A stretch of DNA of 64,000 nucleotides from Callorhinchus milii (lineage: Eukaryota), in contig NW_024704742.1 of NCBI RefSeq assembly GCF_018977255.1, positions 31,622,001 through 31,686,000 on the forward strand, in the 5' to 3' direction. The first letter of the stretch is position 1. Each line of letters starts with the position of its first letter. The notes beneath the pieces were generated by a model. That model did no database searches and was not told the origin of the DNA. It saw only the letters and a program-made list of their open reading frames with translations. Shown piece after piece: positions 62,884-64,000 of this stretch. The position numbers and the translations under genes were made by a program.

Positions 62884-62964
62884 CTTGATGGAGCCTCTTC
62901 GGTGAGCGGTGGCTCCAACGTTTCCAGTGTCCATGTAGGCAAACCGCCTCTTTCTGGTCGGAAG
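62884..62964 (+). CDS. PRC1: PRC1-like probable exon 12 (LDGASSVSGGSNVSSVHVGKPPLSGRK)
   Basis: strong acceptor ttctcttccag; phase 0; donor AAG|GTCGGT (alternative donor GTGAGC at 62902). Confidence 0.68.
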
Positions 62965-63258
62965 GTCGGTGTTCTGTCTTAAGAACTCTGGTCCAAGTTC
63001 TTAAGACGCATGTGTATTTGGAGGGTGGGGTGGGGAATGCATAGTCTTCAAATTAAAGGATTTTATTTGTCACCTATAGCTGTGTTTAGGGAATCCTGAA
63101 CAAATTTCCTTTAATACACTCAGTGTTGCAATGCATATTCAATATTTGTGTTTCTCTTTGGATTGAAATAGGGCTCCAGTACACAGGCTGTTAAAAATGG
63201 TTTCCTTTGCAGCATCTGTTTCATTCTGAGCTTGACTGCTGGATCCATGTGTTAATCT

Positions 63259-64000
63259 GTGATGGCAAACTATTCAATTAAAGAAGCATCACTTCAGTCA
63301 GAGACGGGAGAAGTTGTAATGGAGGATAAGGACATGGCAGAGTCCCTAAATGGGTACTTTGCACCTGTCTTCACCCTAGAAGACACAACAAGTCTGCCAA
63401 CAATAGAGATGAACCAAGGGGCTAAGGACAGGGAGCAACTTAGGGAAATTTTCATTGGTAGAGAATTGGTGCTAGGGAAACTGTTAGCACTAAAAAATGA
63501 CAAATCCCCTGGTCCGGATGGCTTGCATCCCAGGGTTTTAAAAGAGGTAGCTTATGAGATAGTGGAGGCCTTATGTCTGATCTTCCAAAATTCCTTGGAT
63601 TCTGGAACAGTCTCCATGGATTGGAAGATCGCAAATGTCACACCACTATTCAAAAAAGGTGGAAAGGAAAAGATGGGGAACTATAGGCCAGTTAACCTTA
63701 CATCAGTGATAGGAAAAATTTTAGAATCATTGATTAAGGATGTGGTAGTGCGGTATTTAGGGGAGCACAATATAATTAGGCCAAGTCAACATGGCTTTAC
63801 AAAAGGGAATTCATGTTTGACAAATCTCATAGTTTTTTGAGGATATTTTGAGTAAACTAGATAAGGGTGAATCAGTGGATGTGGTCTATTTGGACTTCCA
63901 GAAGGCATTTGATAAGGTGCCACATTAAAGGTTAGTCCAAAAGATAGGGGCCCATGGAATTGGGGAGAGCATATTAATGTGGATTGGGGAATGGTTAATG
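63259..64000 (+). mobile_element. CR1-clade LINE ORF2 fragment (tether/reverse transcriptase start), interrupted by a stop, runs off the window
   Basis: KSPGPDGLHPRVLKE, DWKIANVTPLFKKG, NYRPVNLTS, SQHGFTKG motifs; downstream VDVVYLDFQKAFDKVP. Confidence 0.93.

Larger units (their letters stand above)
49012..62964 (+). other. PRC1: PRC1-like gene span (protein regulator of cytokinesis 1 / MAP65-Ase1 family), 12 coding exons, 504 codons, 3'-incomplete in this window
   Basis: Exons splice into one open frame containing the NRxxNRGGxLLKEEK microtubule-binding motif; exon 2-9 sizes 133/123/234/171/150/148/137/96 equal those recalled for human PRC1; may be a paralog rather than the 1:1 ortholog. 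Confidence 0.88.

Noticed and set aside
63259..63840. 193-aa ORF as a possible host gene or PRC1 exon
   Set aside because: CR1 ORF2 motifs with an in-frame stop at 63840; retroelement fragment

Overview
This is repeat-rich vertebrate genomic DNA. The L2/CR1 LINEs and the tRNA- and Deu-domain SINEs suggest a cartilaginous fish, but that assignment is an inference. Three intron-containing genes were reconstructed by hand from GT-AG boundaries and frame continuity. (1) A complete 14-exon alpha-L-iduronidase gene (IDUA, minus strand, CDS 48105->1302, 661 aa, both catalytic Glu motifs intact). (2) A complete 2-coding-exon sulfate/anion transporter (SLC26A1, plus strand, 34844-40598, 720 aa) nested antisense in the 19-kb IDUA intron 2. 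(3) The first 12 coding exons of a divergent PRC1/MAP65/Ase1-family gene (plus strand, from 49012, running off the window), head-to-head with IDUA across a ~0.9-kb CpG-island promoter. That promoter has CLEAR-type E-boxes on the IDUA side and CCAAT/E2F/CHR motifs on the PRC1 side. The introns hold many L2 and CR1 fragments, two SINE families sharing an L2-type tail, and a decayed hAT transposon with TIRs and a TSD. The most unusual items are an antisense ~89%-identical copy of IDUA exon 3 in intron 4, a 39-bp perfect copy of IDUA exon 1 sequence patched into a neighbouring L2 fragment, competing inverted L2 pairs around exons 7/8, and two perfect hairpins. I found no evidence for a wholly new multi-gene system. 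Repeat boundaries are approximate, and comparisons with human genes are from recall, not a database search.
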